Assembly (NCBI GenBank): GCA_002381865.1
Contig: DFYO01000019.1
Coordinates: forward strand, 76,202-140,201
Source: Clostridiales bacterium UBA4080
Lineage (GTDB): Bacteria; Bacillota; Clostridia; Lachnospirales; Vallitaleaceae
Direction of reading: 5' to 3'
DNA length: 64,000 nt
Shown piece after piece: positions 50,753-61,565 of the stretch. A model generated the notes under the pieces. That model was not told the DNA's origin. It made no database searches and saw only the letters and a program-made list of their open reading frames with translations. A program made the translations under genes and the position numbers. The number at the start of each line of letters is the position of its first letter. The stretch's first letter is position 1.

Positions 50753-51814
50753 ATGAAAATACCAGAACTTAAAATCGGAGACATCATTCTTAAGGCACCA
50801 ATCATCCAAGGCGGAATGGGCGTAGGCGTTTCCCGTTCTTCACTTGCTGCAGCCGTTGCAGCAGAAGGCGGTCTAGGTGTAATATCCGGAGCGCAAATTG
50901 GCTTTGATGAGCCTGATTTTGAAACAAACACACTAGAAGCTAATATCAGGAGTCTTAAAGCACATATAAAATCTGCCAAGGAAAAAAGCAATAATGGTTT
51001 CATTGGTGTTAACCTAATGGTTGCAATGAAAAACTACGCTGAGCTTGTTAAGGCTTCAGTAGAAGCAAAGGCTGATGTAATAATATCAGGTGCAGGATTG
51101 CCACTTGACCTTCCTAAGTTTGTTGAGAATACTAAGGTTAAAATAATACCAATTGTATCTTCATTAAAAGCTGCACGAATTATCACTACTTCTTGGAAAA
51201 AAACCTATAATCGAGAAGCCGATGCAATTATAATAGAAGGTCCTGAGGCAGGCGGTCATCTTGGTTTTAAATTCAATGACCTTACCGAGCACACTGCTCA
51301 AGATTTAGAAACAATAACTGCCGAAATAATTGAATACTTCAAATCAATAAACTTAAATATACCAATAATAGTTGCAGGCGGAATTTATAACGGTTATGAT
51401 ATTGCAAAATTTTTAAAACTGGGAGCACAAGGAGTACAGATGGCTACACGCTTTGTACCAACCTTTGAGTGCGATGCTAGCGAAGAATACAAATCAACTT
51501 ATATAAAGGCACAAAAAGAGGATATAATCATTACTAAAAGTCCGGTAGGCCTTCCAGGAAGAGCAATTAGAAATGATTTTCTAAAAAATCTTGAGGAAAA
51601 CGGCAAGGAAAATATCACAAAATGCTATCGCTGTTTAAACCATTGTGATCCTGCTGATACTCCCTATTGTATAACAATGGCTTTGATTAATGCAGTTAAG
51701 GGCAATGTTAATGAGGGACTGCTTTTCGTAGGAAGCAATGCGTATCGCTGTGATAAAATTGAATCAGTTAAGGATGTCATGAAATCTTTATTAAAAGAAC
51801 TTCAAGAAGCATAA
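50753..51814 (+). CDS. nitronate monooxygenase / NAD(P)H-dependent flavin oxidoreductase family protein
   Basis: PIIQGGMGVGVS..LAAAVAAEGGLGVI and EGPEAGGHLG motifs. Confidence 0.8.
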   Translation: MKIPELKIGDIILKAPIIQGGMGVGVSRSSLAAAVAAEGGLGVISGAQIGFDEPDFETNTLEANIRSLKAHIKSAKEKSNNGFIGVNLMVAMKNYAELVKASVEAKADVIISGAGLPLDLPKFVENTKVKIIPIVSSLKAARIITTSWKKTYNREADAIIIEGPEAGGHLGFKFNDLTEHTAQDLETITAEIIEYFKSINLNIPIIVAGGIYNGYDIAKFLKLGAQGVQMATRFVPTFECDASEEYKSTYIKAQKEDIIITKSPVGLPGRAIRNDFLKNLEENGKENITKCYRCLNHCDPADTPYCITMALINAVKGNVNEGLLFVGSNAYRCDKIESVKDVMKSLLKELQEA

Positions 51815-51830
51815 ATGCATAAATAAATAG

Positions 51831-51866
51831 AAATGGGGCTGAATCCAAATAGATTCAGCCCCATTT
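51831..51866. terminator. bidirectional terminator between convergent genes
   Basis: AAATGGGGCTGAATC...GATTCAGCCCCATTT. Confidence 0.8.
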
Positions 51867-51903
51867 ATTTCAAAAATTCTGTTTTTAAGAGTAACTCTTC
51901 CTT

Positions 51904-53610
51904 TTATATATTAAATCTCTTAACCTGCTTTTCTAGATTGTTTGCTATTGCTACAAGCTCTCTCATTGAGTTTAAGACCTCTTGAATATTATTTTTCTGG
52001 CTTGCCACACTTTTTTCTATTGAATCTGAGCTTTCATAGGTTGTCATAGCAATGCCATGTATACTATCCATACTTTTTTCAATCTCATTCTTTTTAGTTG
52101 AAAGATCCATTATTTTCTTTTGGCTATCGTCAATCAAGCCATTAATAGCTCCTATAATATTAAATATTTCATCCATTTCTTTGGTGTTTTCTTCAAACAG
52201 ACTAACTGTTGTTCTGTATTCAGAATCCATACTATCCTTTTCATTAATAATATTGTTAATCTCTATTTGTATTTCCGACATTAAATTGCCAATTTTGCCC
52301 GTTGATTGAGCAGATTGTTCTGCCAGCTTTCTTATTTCATCTGCAACAACTGAAAAGCCTTTTCCTGACTCTCCTGCTCTTGCGGCTTCTATTGCTGCAT
52401 TTAATGCCAAAAGATTAGTTTGTTCGGATATCTGCATAACGATTTTTAAAATATCTCCAACATTCCCTGATACATCCATAAGCTTATTAACTGCCAACGA
52501 TGTTTTATCGCTTGCATTGCTAAGTCGGTCAATGCTTTCTCTCTCTGTGTTAAGAATTTTTTTATTATCCTCAATTGTTTCATTAACGGTTGTAAGCTTA
52601 TTTTTAAAATCATCCATCGTTTCAAGAATACTTTTTATAGCCTCGAAAACATATTTGAAGCTTTCAGAGCTGCTATCTATATTTCTTATTGTATTTTCTG
52701 CATCTCTGTCTAAGATATGTGCTTTTTCTAAAAGAACTCTGATATCATCATCAACATTATCAACTTTGTTTTGTATTTTCTCTGTATTCTTTTCAAGAAC
52801 CTTTGTCTGCTCAGCAATGCTTTTAATGACTTTTCTCAAAAATTCCAGCAATGCATTTGTGTTTTGTGCTAACTCTCCTATTTCATCATTTGTTTGAACC
52901 TCAAGCCTCTGGGTTAAGTCTCCATTACTTGTGGATAATTCATATACCTTTCTGTTAATCTGCAAAATAGGTCTTGTTAGCTTATCAAAAACAAATGATA
53001 TAACAAAAAATACTAAAATCAATGTTGCAATTACAAAGATAACAATATTTCTTACTATTGCCTGTAAAGCCGTTTTAATGTATCCAGCCTCAATATCTGC
53101 ACCTAAGGCTCCAACTACTTCACCATTTTTATCAAAAATCGGCGAATAAGCGGATAAAAATACCCCGTATTCATCCTGATAAAGCTCATCTTCCACTCCT
53201 GCCTTGCCTTCCTTAAGTGCTGAAGCTATAGTAGCCGGCAGATTGTCAAAGCTGTCATACTCATCCCCAATTGCAGTATCACTCTCTGCATCTGAATCAA
53301 TTACAAAAAGAACCTTATCTCCCTCTGCTTTTAGGGTATAAATGTATTCAAGCTCATTTTCATTAACTATTTTTGTAAAATAATCAAATAGCTTCTTATA
53401 GCTTGCTCCCTTTTCCTTTTTGTTGTAAATATCTTCGTGAATCTCTCCGTCAACATAATTAGAACCAGCCGATACAACCACCTTCAGTTTTTCCTGCAAC
53501 GAACTCATATATTGTTTTTCTATCAGATTATACACAAAAATTGAGCTCAAAACCATAATAACCAATACAAGAGCTTCTACAACAATAATATTTTTTAATT
53601 TAATACTCAT
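51904..53610 (-). CDS. methyl-accepting chemotaxis protein with extracellular Cache-like sensor and HAMP domain
   Basis: TM helix, ~170-aa sensor, second TM helix, HAMP. Signalling core [37 protein letters not shown]. Confidence 0.9.
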   Translation of the reverse strand: MSIKLKNIIVVEALVLVIMVLSSIFVYNLIEKQYMSSLQEKLKVVVSAGSNYVDGEIHEDIYNKKEKGASYKKLFDYFTKIVNENELEYIYTLKAEGDKVLFVIDSDAESDTAIGDEYDSFDNLPATIASALKEGKAGVEDELYQDEYGVFLSAYSPIFDKNGEVVGALGADIEAGYIKTALQAIVRNIVIFVIATLILVFFVISFVFDKLTRPILQINRKVYELSTSNGDLTQRLEVQTNDEIGELAQNTNALLEFLRKVIKSIAEQTKVLEKNTEKIQNKVDNVDDDIRVLLEKAHILDRDAENTIRNIDSSSESFKYVFEAIKSILETMDDFKNKLTTVNETIEDNKKILNTERESIDRLSNASDKTSLAVNKLMDVSGNVGDILKIVMQISEQTNLLALNAAIEAARAGESGKGFSVVADEIRKLAEQSAQSTGKIGNLMSEIQIEINNIINEKDSMDSEYRTTVSLFEENTKEMDEIFNIIGAINGLIDDSQKKIMDLSTKKNEIEKSMDSIHGIAMTTYESSDSIEKSVASQKNNIQEVLNSMRELVAIANNLEKQVKRFNI

Positions 53611-53633
53611 TGTCTACCTCCATGAATTTATTT

Positions 53634-54386
53634 TTAGTTTAGGATAAGTCCTACAGGGCAATGATCTGAACCTTCAATCTCGGTATAAATAAGAGCATCT
53701 TTCATTTTATCCTTTAAAGCTTGTGAAACACAAAAATAATCAATACGCCAACCGACATTGTTTTCTCTGGCTTTAAACATATATGACCACCAGGTATAAG
53801 CATCTTCTTTCTCCGGATAAAAATACCTAAAGCTATCAACAAAACCATTATCTAGCAAATAACTCATCTTTTCTCTTTCTTGATCTGAAAATCCTGCATT
53901 TTTTCTATTAGACTCGGGATTTTTTAGATCTATTTCATTATGAGCTACATTTAGATCCCCACAAAAAATTACGGGCTTTTCTTTTTCAATTTCTTTTAGA
54001 TAAGAAAAAAAAGCATCCTCCCAAAGCATCCTATAATCAATTCTTGCCAATCCCCTTTGAGAATTAGGTGTGTACACAGTAATTACGTAATACTCCTCAA
54101 ATTCCAAGGTTATGACCCTTCCTTCATTATCATGCTCCTCTTGTCCAATTCCATACTGAACCTTTAAGGGCTCTTTTTTTGTAAATATTGCCGTTCCAGA
54201 ATACCCCTTCTTTTCTGCATAATTCCAGTACTGATGATAATTCTTTAAGTCAAGCTCAATCTGACCTGCCTGCAGCTTAGTCTCTTGCAGACACATTATA
54301 TCCGGATTTTCTTTTTCAAAAAAATCCATAAAGCCTTTTTTTACACACGCTCTTATCCCATTAACATTCCAAGAAATCAGCTTCAT
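53634..54386 (-). CDS. xth: exodeoxyribonuclease III
   Basis: MKLISWNVNGIRA...CLQETK...GDLNVAH...SDHCP. Confidence 0.93.
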   Translation of the reverse strand: MKLISWNVNGIRACVKKGFMDFFEKENPDIMCLQETKLQAGQIELDLKNYHQYWNYAEKKGYSGTAIFTKKEPLKVQYGIGQEEHDNEGRVITLEFEEYYVITVYTPNSQRGLARIDYRMLWEDAFFSYLKEIEKEKPVIFCGDLNVAHNEIDLKNPESNRKNAGFSDQEREKMSYLLDNGFVDSFRYFYPEKEDAYTWWSYMFKARENNVGWRIDYFCVSQALKDKMKDALIYTEIEGSDHCPVGLILN

Positions 54387-54612
54387 AGTGTCTCCTTTAA
54401 CGTCTTAATTCTAGTTACATTTTTACAAATCATTAAGTTCATGCTTACTAAATATTATAAGGGTTTTTATATATTTCTGCAAATGCTATTCTCAAAATAT
54501 GTTATAATAATTTATATAACAGCATAACTTATACAAGCGGCTTACGACTATCTTCATTTGTTAAATAACTACAAAGGAGGTGCAGCCTTATTGAGAATGA
54601 GGCTAAAAAATT

Positions 54613-55767
54613 ATGGACTTTGAATTTTCTACTTCAAACAGAATTATTTTTAAAACTAAAGGCATTCTAGAACTTGGCAACCATGCTCTTAAATTAGGAA
54701 CTTACCCCTTTATCGTAACTGGAAAAAACAAAAACAGACTTAAACCTTTGCTTGCTGCATTAAAACATGTATCTATGGATTACGTTCTTTTCTCTGTTGA
54801 GGATGAACCTGATATTAATCAAATTCGTGAAGCTGTAAAACTAGCTCTAGACTCCTCATGTAATATGGTTATTGGTTTTGGAGGTGGTAGTGCCTTAGAC
54901 AGTGCAAAAGCAATCGCTATACTAATGAATAATCCTGGTGATATTTTAGACTATCTTGAAATCATTGGCAAAAATCAAGAAATAAAAAGCCCGCATTTAC
55001 CTTTGATTTTAATTCCAACAACCTCTGGAACAGGTTCTGAGGTCACCAAAAACTCAGTACTAACTGACACGAATACTAAAATCAAGGTAAGCCTGAGAAG
55101 TCCAATGATGCTTGCAGATTTAGTTTTTATAGACCCTGCCTTAACCGTATCAATGCCCCCTCAAATAACCTCCAGTACAGGTTTAGATGCTCTTACTCAG
55201 GTTATTGAGCCATTTGTATCTTCTTATGCAAATCCTATCACCGATACATTTTGTCGCGAGGGTATTAAGCGCATATCTAGCTCGCTGAAAAAAGCATATC
55301 AAAACGGTAATGATATTACAGCACGTGAAGATATGGCTTTGGGTAGCTTGTTTGGTGGGCTTGCTCTTGCTAATTCTAAGCTTGGTGCAGTTCATGGCTT
55401 TGCTGGTGTAATTGGCGGTAAATTTGGTGCACCTCACGGATTTATCTGTGCTGCTCTATTGCCTAATGTAATAAAAGTCAATATTAACGCTCTTAAATCA
55501 AGAAACCTTGAAAGCCAAGCTTTATCCCGTTATACAGAATTATCTCAAATCCTTTTAGGTAAAGAAAATGCTTTACCTGAGGATTGTCTTATTTGGCTTG
55601 AAGAATTGTATTCTGCCCTAAAAGTAGAAGGTCTCTCCAAATATGGCATAACTCAAGACTTATTAGATGAAATAATAGAAAAATCAGCTTCCTCAAGTAG
55701 CATGAAGGGAAATCCAATAACACTTACCTATGAAGAAATGAAAGAAATATTAGTTAGCTCTTTATAG
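54613..55767 (+). CDS. iron-containing alcohol dehydrogenase
   Basis: GFGGGSALDSAKA and TTSGTGSE motifs. Confidence 0.85.
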   Translation: MDFEFSTSNRIIFKTKGILELGNHALKLGTYPFIVTGKNKNRLKPLLAALKHVSMDYVLFSVEDEPDINQIREAVKLALDSSCNMVIGFGGGSALDSAKAIAILMNNPGDILDYLEIIGKNQEIKSPHLPLILIPTTSGTGSEVTKNSVLTDTNTKIKVSLRSPMMLADLVFIDPALTVSMPPQITSSTGLDALTQVIEPFVSSYANPITDTFCREGIKRISSSLKKAYQNGNDITAREDMALGSLFGGLALANSKLGAVHGFAGVIGGKFGAPHGFICAALLPNVIKVNINALKSRNLESQALSRYTELSQILLGKENALPEDCLIWLEELYSALKVEGLSKYGITQDLLDEIIEKSASSSSMKGNPITLTYEEMKEILVSSL

Positions 55768-55852
55768 CAATTTTGGAAATACTTAGCATATTATTTTCCA
55801 CTTAATTCTTACTTGGTTATGAACCAAAATCAAATATTTCCATAGATTTCTA

Positions 55853-55934
55853 CAAGAATAGCGTTCGGTGAACGCGTTTCTCTTAGAATAGGAAAGTTTG
55901 GTCTCTTGCAAGCAAGACGAACTTTCCTATTCTA
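55853..55934. repeat. structured intergenic repeat, copy 2
   Basis: See copy 1. The hairpin at 55884..55934 has a perfect 15-bp outer stem. Confidence 0.8.
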
Positions 55935-55936
55935 TT

Positions 55937-55973
55937 AAAAAAGCTCTTAACCAATTTGGCTAAGAGCTTTTAA
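55937..55973. terminator. bidirectional terminator (gap and Fe-ADH)
   Basis: AAGCTCTTAACCA-ATT-TGGCTAAGAGCTT flanked by an A-run and a T-run. Confidence 0.8.
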
Positions 55974-55987
55974 TAATTAACTATTAA

Positions 55988-57025
<1,038 letters not shown>

Positions 57026-57155
57026 TTACTAATTGTGTATTTATTTCAATAAGAAGGCTATGCCCTCTTAAAGCTAAGCTTTCTTTTCTGAACGCCGCTA
57101 CAGTGTTAATTTTATCACAAGAATCTTGTACAGTAAATAGTTTTTCGTTAATTTA

Positions 57156-57902
57156 TTATTGTTTTTTTACTATCCAAAATCTGCATTCATCTGCAAATTC
57201 TTTTACTATATCGTTTTCCTGAACAATTTCATCTCTGAATATATCCTCCAGCAATAAAAGGTTATTTGCAGCTAAGCATTTTAATACTTCTTCTCTATCT
57301 GGAACATGTATAAACATTTCTCTATCGTGAAAGCTATATATTAAATCTCCGAATTCAACAAGTCTTCTATCCTGTCTGTTTTTATTCCAAAGATATTTTT
57401 CCTGTTTCCAATACGATTCATTATCTTTTTCCTTGTCTCTGTCGTGAGTTGTAAAAATAAAAACACCGTCTTTTTTCAAAATTCTAGCTATCTCAGCCAT
57501 AGACTTGAGTCTGTTAGTCTCTCCCGGAATCTGCATAATCCCGTTAAAAGCAAAAATAACAGCGTCAAAAGATTCCTCTTCAAACGCAAGGTCAGTTGCA
57601 TCTCCAGTATAAAACGGTATGTCTATTTGCTTTTGCCTGCAAATTTTTTTTGCTTCAGCAATCATATCTTCACTTAAATCAACACCGGATATATTATTAT
57701 AGCCTTTCTCAACAAGTCCAAAGGCTACTCTTCCTGTTCCACAACCTAAATCCAAAATTTTGTCTGTTGCCTTTAAATATCTTTCAAATACTATTTCCTC
57801 AGATTTCCAGAGGCTTACTGCTCTGGTCGCATCCGAATACTCCTTAACAGAGTCTTCACCTGCATAAGAATGCTTAATAAAAGCTTTGTCCACTATATCC
57901 AT
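57156..57902 (-). CDS. class I SAM-dependent methyltransferase
   Basis: ILDLGCGTGR motif I. Confidence 0.8.
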   Translation of the reverse strand: MDIVDKAFIKHSYAGEDSVKEYSDATRAVSLWKSEEIVFERYLKATDKILDLGCGTGRVAFGLVEKGYNNISGVDLSEDMIAEAKKICRQKQIDIPFYTGDATDLAFEEESFDAVIFAFNGIMQIPGETNRLKSMAEIARILKKDGVFIFTTHDRDKEKDNESYWKQEKYLWNKNRQDRRLVEFGDLIYSFHDREMFIHVPDREEVLKCLAANNLLLLEDIFRDEIVQENDIVKEFADECRFWIVKKQ

Positions 57903-58381
57903 TATTTCTTTTTGTCAGGCTCCTTTATAGCTATATGCAATTCAATTAGATTATCACCCTCATAGGTAATAGGCATACAAATCATCTTGGCATTGCCTAC
58001 ATTCATTGATAATGTGTTACTCACAAATAATGTCGGCGGAGTTATGTCTAGCTTAATCCCCATATTAAAAAAAGCTGTTACAGCATTTCCCATTGTCATG
58101 TTCATAAGCTCTGCAATTGCGCTTCGTGCCATATCGTTAAGCTCTGGCACTGGCATTCCCATCATCATTCTTGACGCAACATCACATGCAACTGATTCTT
58201 TCATGCTTAAGATTACCTGACCATGCAGTTCTCCAGTTATACCAATCATTACTATAAACACTGTTTCCTCATAAGCCATCTGTGTAAGATATGGGCTATC
58301 AGTCTGTATCTCCATTCCACATACTTCTCTTAAAACATAGGTTGCGGCTCCAATTACCGGATTCAAGTACGTTACATTCAT
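57902..58381 (-). CDS. cheX: CheX-like chemotaxis phosphatase
   Basis: CheC/CheX-type fold motifs (AIAELMNMTMGNA). Start at MNVTYLNP (58381). Confidence 0.65.
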   Translation of the reverse strand: MNVTYLNPVIGAATYVLREVCGMEIQTDSPYLTQMAYEETVFIVMIGITGELHGQVILSMKESVACDVASRMMMGMPVPELNDMARSAIAELMNMTMGNAVTAFFNMGIKLDITPPTLFVSNTLSMNVGNAKMICMPITYEGDNLIELHIAIKEPDKKK

Positions 58382-58593
58382 ATTTTCACCCCTGCTTTGT
58401 AAAATTTGTTCTAGCAATTTCTATATTTGCTTGAAATTATATTTCTAATTCATCCTAATAATTATTTTTTATAAAATAGATGTATATTTATAATAACACA
58501 TATATAGAATGGTAGGCAAGATTTTATATTTTCAAACTTTATATCCAGCTTAGTAGTATAAATATATCCAAAAAATTCTTTTATTTATAAATG

Positions 58594-60303
58594 TTATCTC
58601 AAAATTTTCCTTACAAAGGCTACTGTAAAATATGACATCAAGAAAACTCCTGCAAAGCCTTGTACCCCTGATATAATCATCGCCTGGATATTTCCCGGAT
58701 TAATATCGCCATAGCCAATTGTAAACATTGTTGCAAGGCTGTGATATAGTGCATTGATTAGCTTTGAAGCATAAGGAAAAAGCTCTTTATCTATATATTT
58801 TTTATCACCATTTAAAATAACAAAGGGTAATGTATAAAAAAACGCAAAGCCTCCAATTGTCATAATCATAGTTCCTAAAATTCTAAAGGGATTTGTCGCG
58901 TAATGTCCAATAAAATCAAGAAAAAACCACTTAATTAAAAATTCTATTTTTCTCCTTAATAATTTAATATTATTTTTCTTGTGATATGTAATATCTTCAC
59001 CATAATATTCCGAAAGACTCAGGCATCTTCTAAATTCCAGATATGCATAATCTTCGTCATTATATTGTCCTATTTCATGAAAGTTTTCCTTAAGCATACG
59101 AAACTGATTTGCTTTATCTATATAGCTTGTATCATCGCCTTGTGCATATATCATTGTCTTAACATCATTCATTATCCAATCTAAATATATATGCCCAAGG
59201 TTTTTTGTATTTATAAAATTAATACATCCTACATTCTTCTCTTTTTTGTTTGTAGGAATCATATCAAAGGTTTTCTCTACTATACAATTTTCCACCGTTA
59301 GTTTATCACACTTTTCTAATCCCATAACAACATGCTCAACAAACAGGCAATTCAAAAAATTCAAGTTTGAAATCACGCTATCTAAAAAATAAATGCTTCT
59401 ATTTCTAAATCTGACTGACTTAAATAGAATATATCCCTCTTCCATTTTAATATTATTCATATTAAATTTTCCGAGTCCTGTTTTTGCATACTTAAAATGC
59501 ATAGTACAGTTTTTCAGCTGGCAGAAGCTAAAATCTATGTTTCCATTCCCAAAGCTTGTATCGCTAAAGCTAATTTTCCCATCACTGAAGCTAGAGCCAA
59601 AAAATATTACCTCTCCATTGTGAAAATTTGTGTTTCTAAAGGATACTCCTCCTTTCCCAAAATCTGATCCCGAAAAATCAACTCCGCCCACACCAAAAAC
59701 CGTAAAGTCAAACTCAACTATTCCTTCTCCAAAAATTGCTCCGCTAAAATTCAAGTGTGCATTTTCAAAATTGCTGCATTTGAAATTTACATCACCATTG
59801 CCAAAATCAGTGCTAAAAAAATGTACAATCTTACCATGGAACTTTGTAGATGAAAATATTTTTTCTCCTGTACCCATTTTTATTCCGCTAAAATTAACAG
59901 TTTCTGACAAAAAAACTGTTTTGTGAAAGTCTATCTTTCCATTTCCAAAGCTGCAATGTGCAAGACTGAATCCGCCCTCTCCAAACACCATATTATCAAG
60001 GATCAAATCTCCTTGAAAAAAACATTTCTCAATATGAAAGGAACTAATTGTTCTGTAATCCTCCCATTCAAATAAGCTACGATATTCATGAATATTAAAA
60101 TCCTCTAAAAAAAGCTCTTGAAGTATAAATGATGAATCTGTGTTCTTGATATTTATAATATCTTGCTTTTCAAGATATCCATATCTTTTCTCGTCAATTA
60201 TTTTAGAATCCTCATCTAAGTATTTAACAATAACTGTTTTATCAGTATGAACTCCACATTTCAAAGGAAAAGGCTCATCCTCGTAAACAATACGATATCT
60301 CAT
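58594..60303 (-). CDS. two-TM potassium channel with a large N-terminal tandem-repeat (solenoid-like) domain
   Basis: C-terminal pore ATMFTIGYGDINPG flanked by two TM helices. About 20 consecutive ~12-residue repeats of the form (V/I)xFxxxxFxxGx, for example VDFSGSDFGKGG VSFRNTNFHNGE VIFFGSSFSDGK ISFSDTSFGNGN. Confidence 0.8.
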   Translation of the reverse strand: MRYRIVYEDEPFPLKCGVHTDKTVIVKYLDEDSKIIDEKRYGYLEKQDIINIKNTDSSFILQELFLEDFNIHEYRSLFEWEDYRTISSFHIEKCFFQGDLILDNMVFGEGGFSLAHCSFGNGKIDFHKTVFLSETVNFSGIKMGTGEKIFSSTKFHGKIVHFFSTDFGNGDVNFKCSNFENAHLNFSGAIFGEGIVEFDFTVFGVGGVDFSGSDFGKGGVSFRNTNFHNGEVIFFGSSFSDGKISFSDTSFGNGNIDFSFCQLKNCTMHFKYAKTGLGKFNMNNIKMEEGYILFKSVRFRNRSIYFLDSVISNLNFLNCLFVEHVVMGLEKCDKLTVENCIVEKTFDMIPTNKKEKNVGCINFINTKNLGHIYLDWIMNDVKTMIYAQGDDTSYIDKANQFRMLKENFHEIGQYNDEDYAYLEFRRCLSLSEYYGEDITYHKKNNIKLLRRKIEFLIKWFFLDFIGHYATNPFRILGTMIMTIGGFAFFYTLPFVILNGDKKYIDKELFPYASKLINALYHSLATMFTIGYGDINPGNIQAMIISGVQGFAGVFLMSYFTVAFVRKILR

Positions 60304-60319
60304 TTATCCACGCACCTTT

Positions 60320-61525
60320 CTATGCTTTTAACTGCTTAAAATCAAAATATCTGCCGTGTACTTTTCCTTGTCCCGCAACTATAGTTGATTTTCTCGACCA
60401 AACATCCTTTACATACTTATCATTTGAAGAAATTGCAACTGCTGCAGCTGTATAATATAGCTTTTTAGTGTTTATATCCTCTACATTTTTAAGTCTGTTG
60501 TTCAAATCTGTAACTACAGCTCTTTGATTTGCTGTCAGTTCTTTACTTAAAGGATTAGTAAGCTTATTGCTCTCGCCCTTTAAAGCACCCTCAATCAATG
60601 CTTTTGCAGAAGGCTTTACTGAACCATTTTGTACCGCAATATCAAAGGCAAGAGCGTAGCCTTTGTCAGAGTTAACTCCAAAAACACTGTTTTTTGTTAT
60701 TTTTTCAGCTTGATCCATATATGGCTTTGCATATCTGTCTTCAATCTGAATAAAGCTCTTATTTTGAGTTAGCTTAAGAAAAGCAGACTTCCATGGCTCA
60801 GCTATTTGGTTATTTTTATTGTTAATCGATTTTGCAAAGGCCAGCTGCTCTTGTCTACTTCTCGCTAAGACATCCTTAAGTGCTGCTGCCATAGTAGTTT
60901 CTGTTTTTTTACCCTGACTATTTTCATATACAATTGTTCCAGAAAATATTTTTTGAAAATCTGCTGTTGTATTTGAGCCTTGAGCCATTTCCTTTAATAG
61001 TGGCTGCAAGGTTCCCTGTCCAATATTCCATTGCAAATATCCTAAAGATATTCCCTGACCGTCAAAATCCCCCGCAAGCTGACCACCTTCAAATTGGCTG
61101 GTAATTTCTCTGGCAAGAGCTTTTATATCACTTAGTACAGGTACCTTAGAATCTTCAGTATTGTTTTGCGGATATAGCTTAGGTTTAATCGTATTCTCAA
61201 CCTTAATATCTTCAGAAATATTATTCTCTTGATTGTTTAAGGTGCTTTTCAACAGGCTATTATAGGCTGCTGTATTTAATGAATTAATGCTTGAAAAGAG
61301 GATATCCCATTCACTTAAATTATCTGAATCTATCTGCTCATTGTTAGCGTCTTTGCTAATAATTCTATTTGTTTGAAGCTCAATTGCATCCATATACCTC
61401 TTAAATTCAACAGCCTTTTCATTTTGGCCTGCATTAATATTCTTTTGATTTGACGAGGTTCTTCCGTTGCTTTCATTTATATAATTTGCAAATAATTTTT
61501 CATAATCCTTATTAGAAAGCTTCAT
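60320..61525 (-). CDS. GH46 (chitosanase)-like / lysozyme-superfamily domain protein with no signal peptide
   Basis: QFEGGQLAGDFDGQGISLGYLQWNIGQGTLQPLL and ...EDRYAKPYMDQAEK...GYALAFDIAVQNGS resemble the GH46 catalytic core, from memory of Streptomyces CsnA. Confidence 0.45.
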   Translation of the reverse strand: MKLSNKDYEKLFANYINESNGRTSSNQKNINAGQNEKAVEFKRYMDAIELQTNRIISKDANNEQIDSDNLSEWDILFSSINSLNTAAYNSLLKSTLNNQENNISEDIKVENTIKPKLYPQNNTEDSKVPVLSDIKALAREITSQFEGGQLAGDFDGQGISLGYLQWNIGQGTLQPLLKEMAQGSNTTADFQKIFSGTIVYENSQGKKTETTMAAALKDVLARSRQEQLAFAKSINNKNNQIAEPWKSAFLKLTQNKSFIQIEDRYAKPYMDQAEKITKNSVFGVNSDKGYALAFDIAVQNGSVKPSAKALIEGALKGESNKLTNPLSKELTANQRAVVTDLNNRLKNVEDINTKKLYYTAAAVAISSNDKYVKDVWSRKSTIVAGQGKVHGRYFDFKQLKA

Positions 61526-61565
61526 AGTTTACCTCCTTTTTTGTCTTAATAGTACTATGCAATCT

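Noticed and set aside
50728-51003. 91-aa minus-strand ORF at the start of the NMO-family gene
   Set aside because: It is antisense to a well-supported gene whose own N-terminus has the conserved GGMGVG motif. The ORF has no SD.
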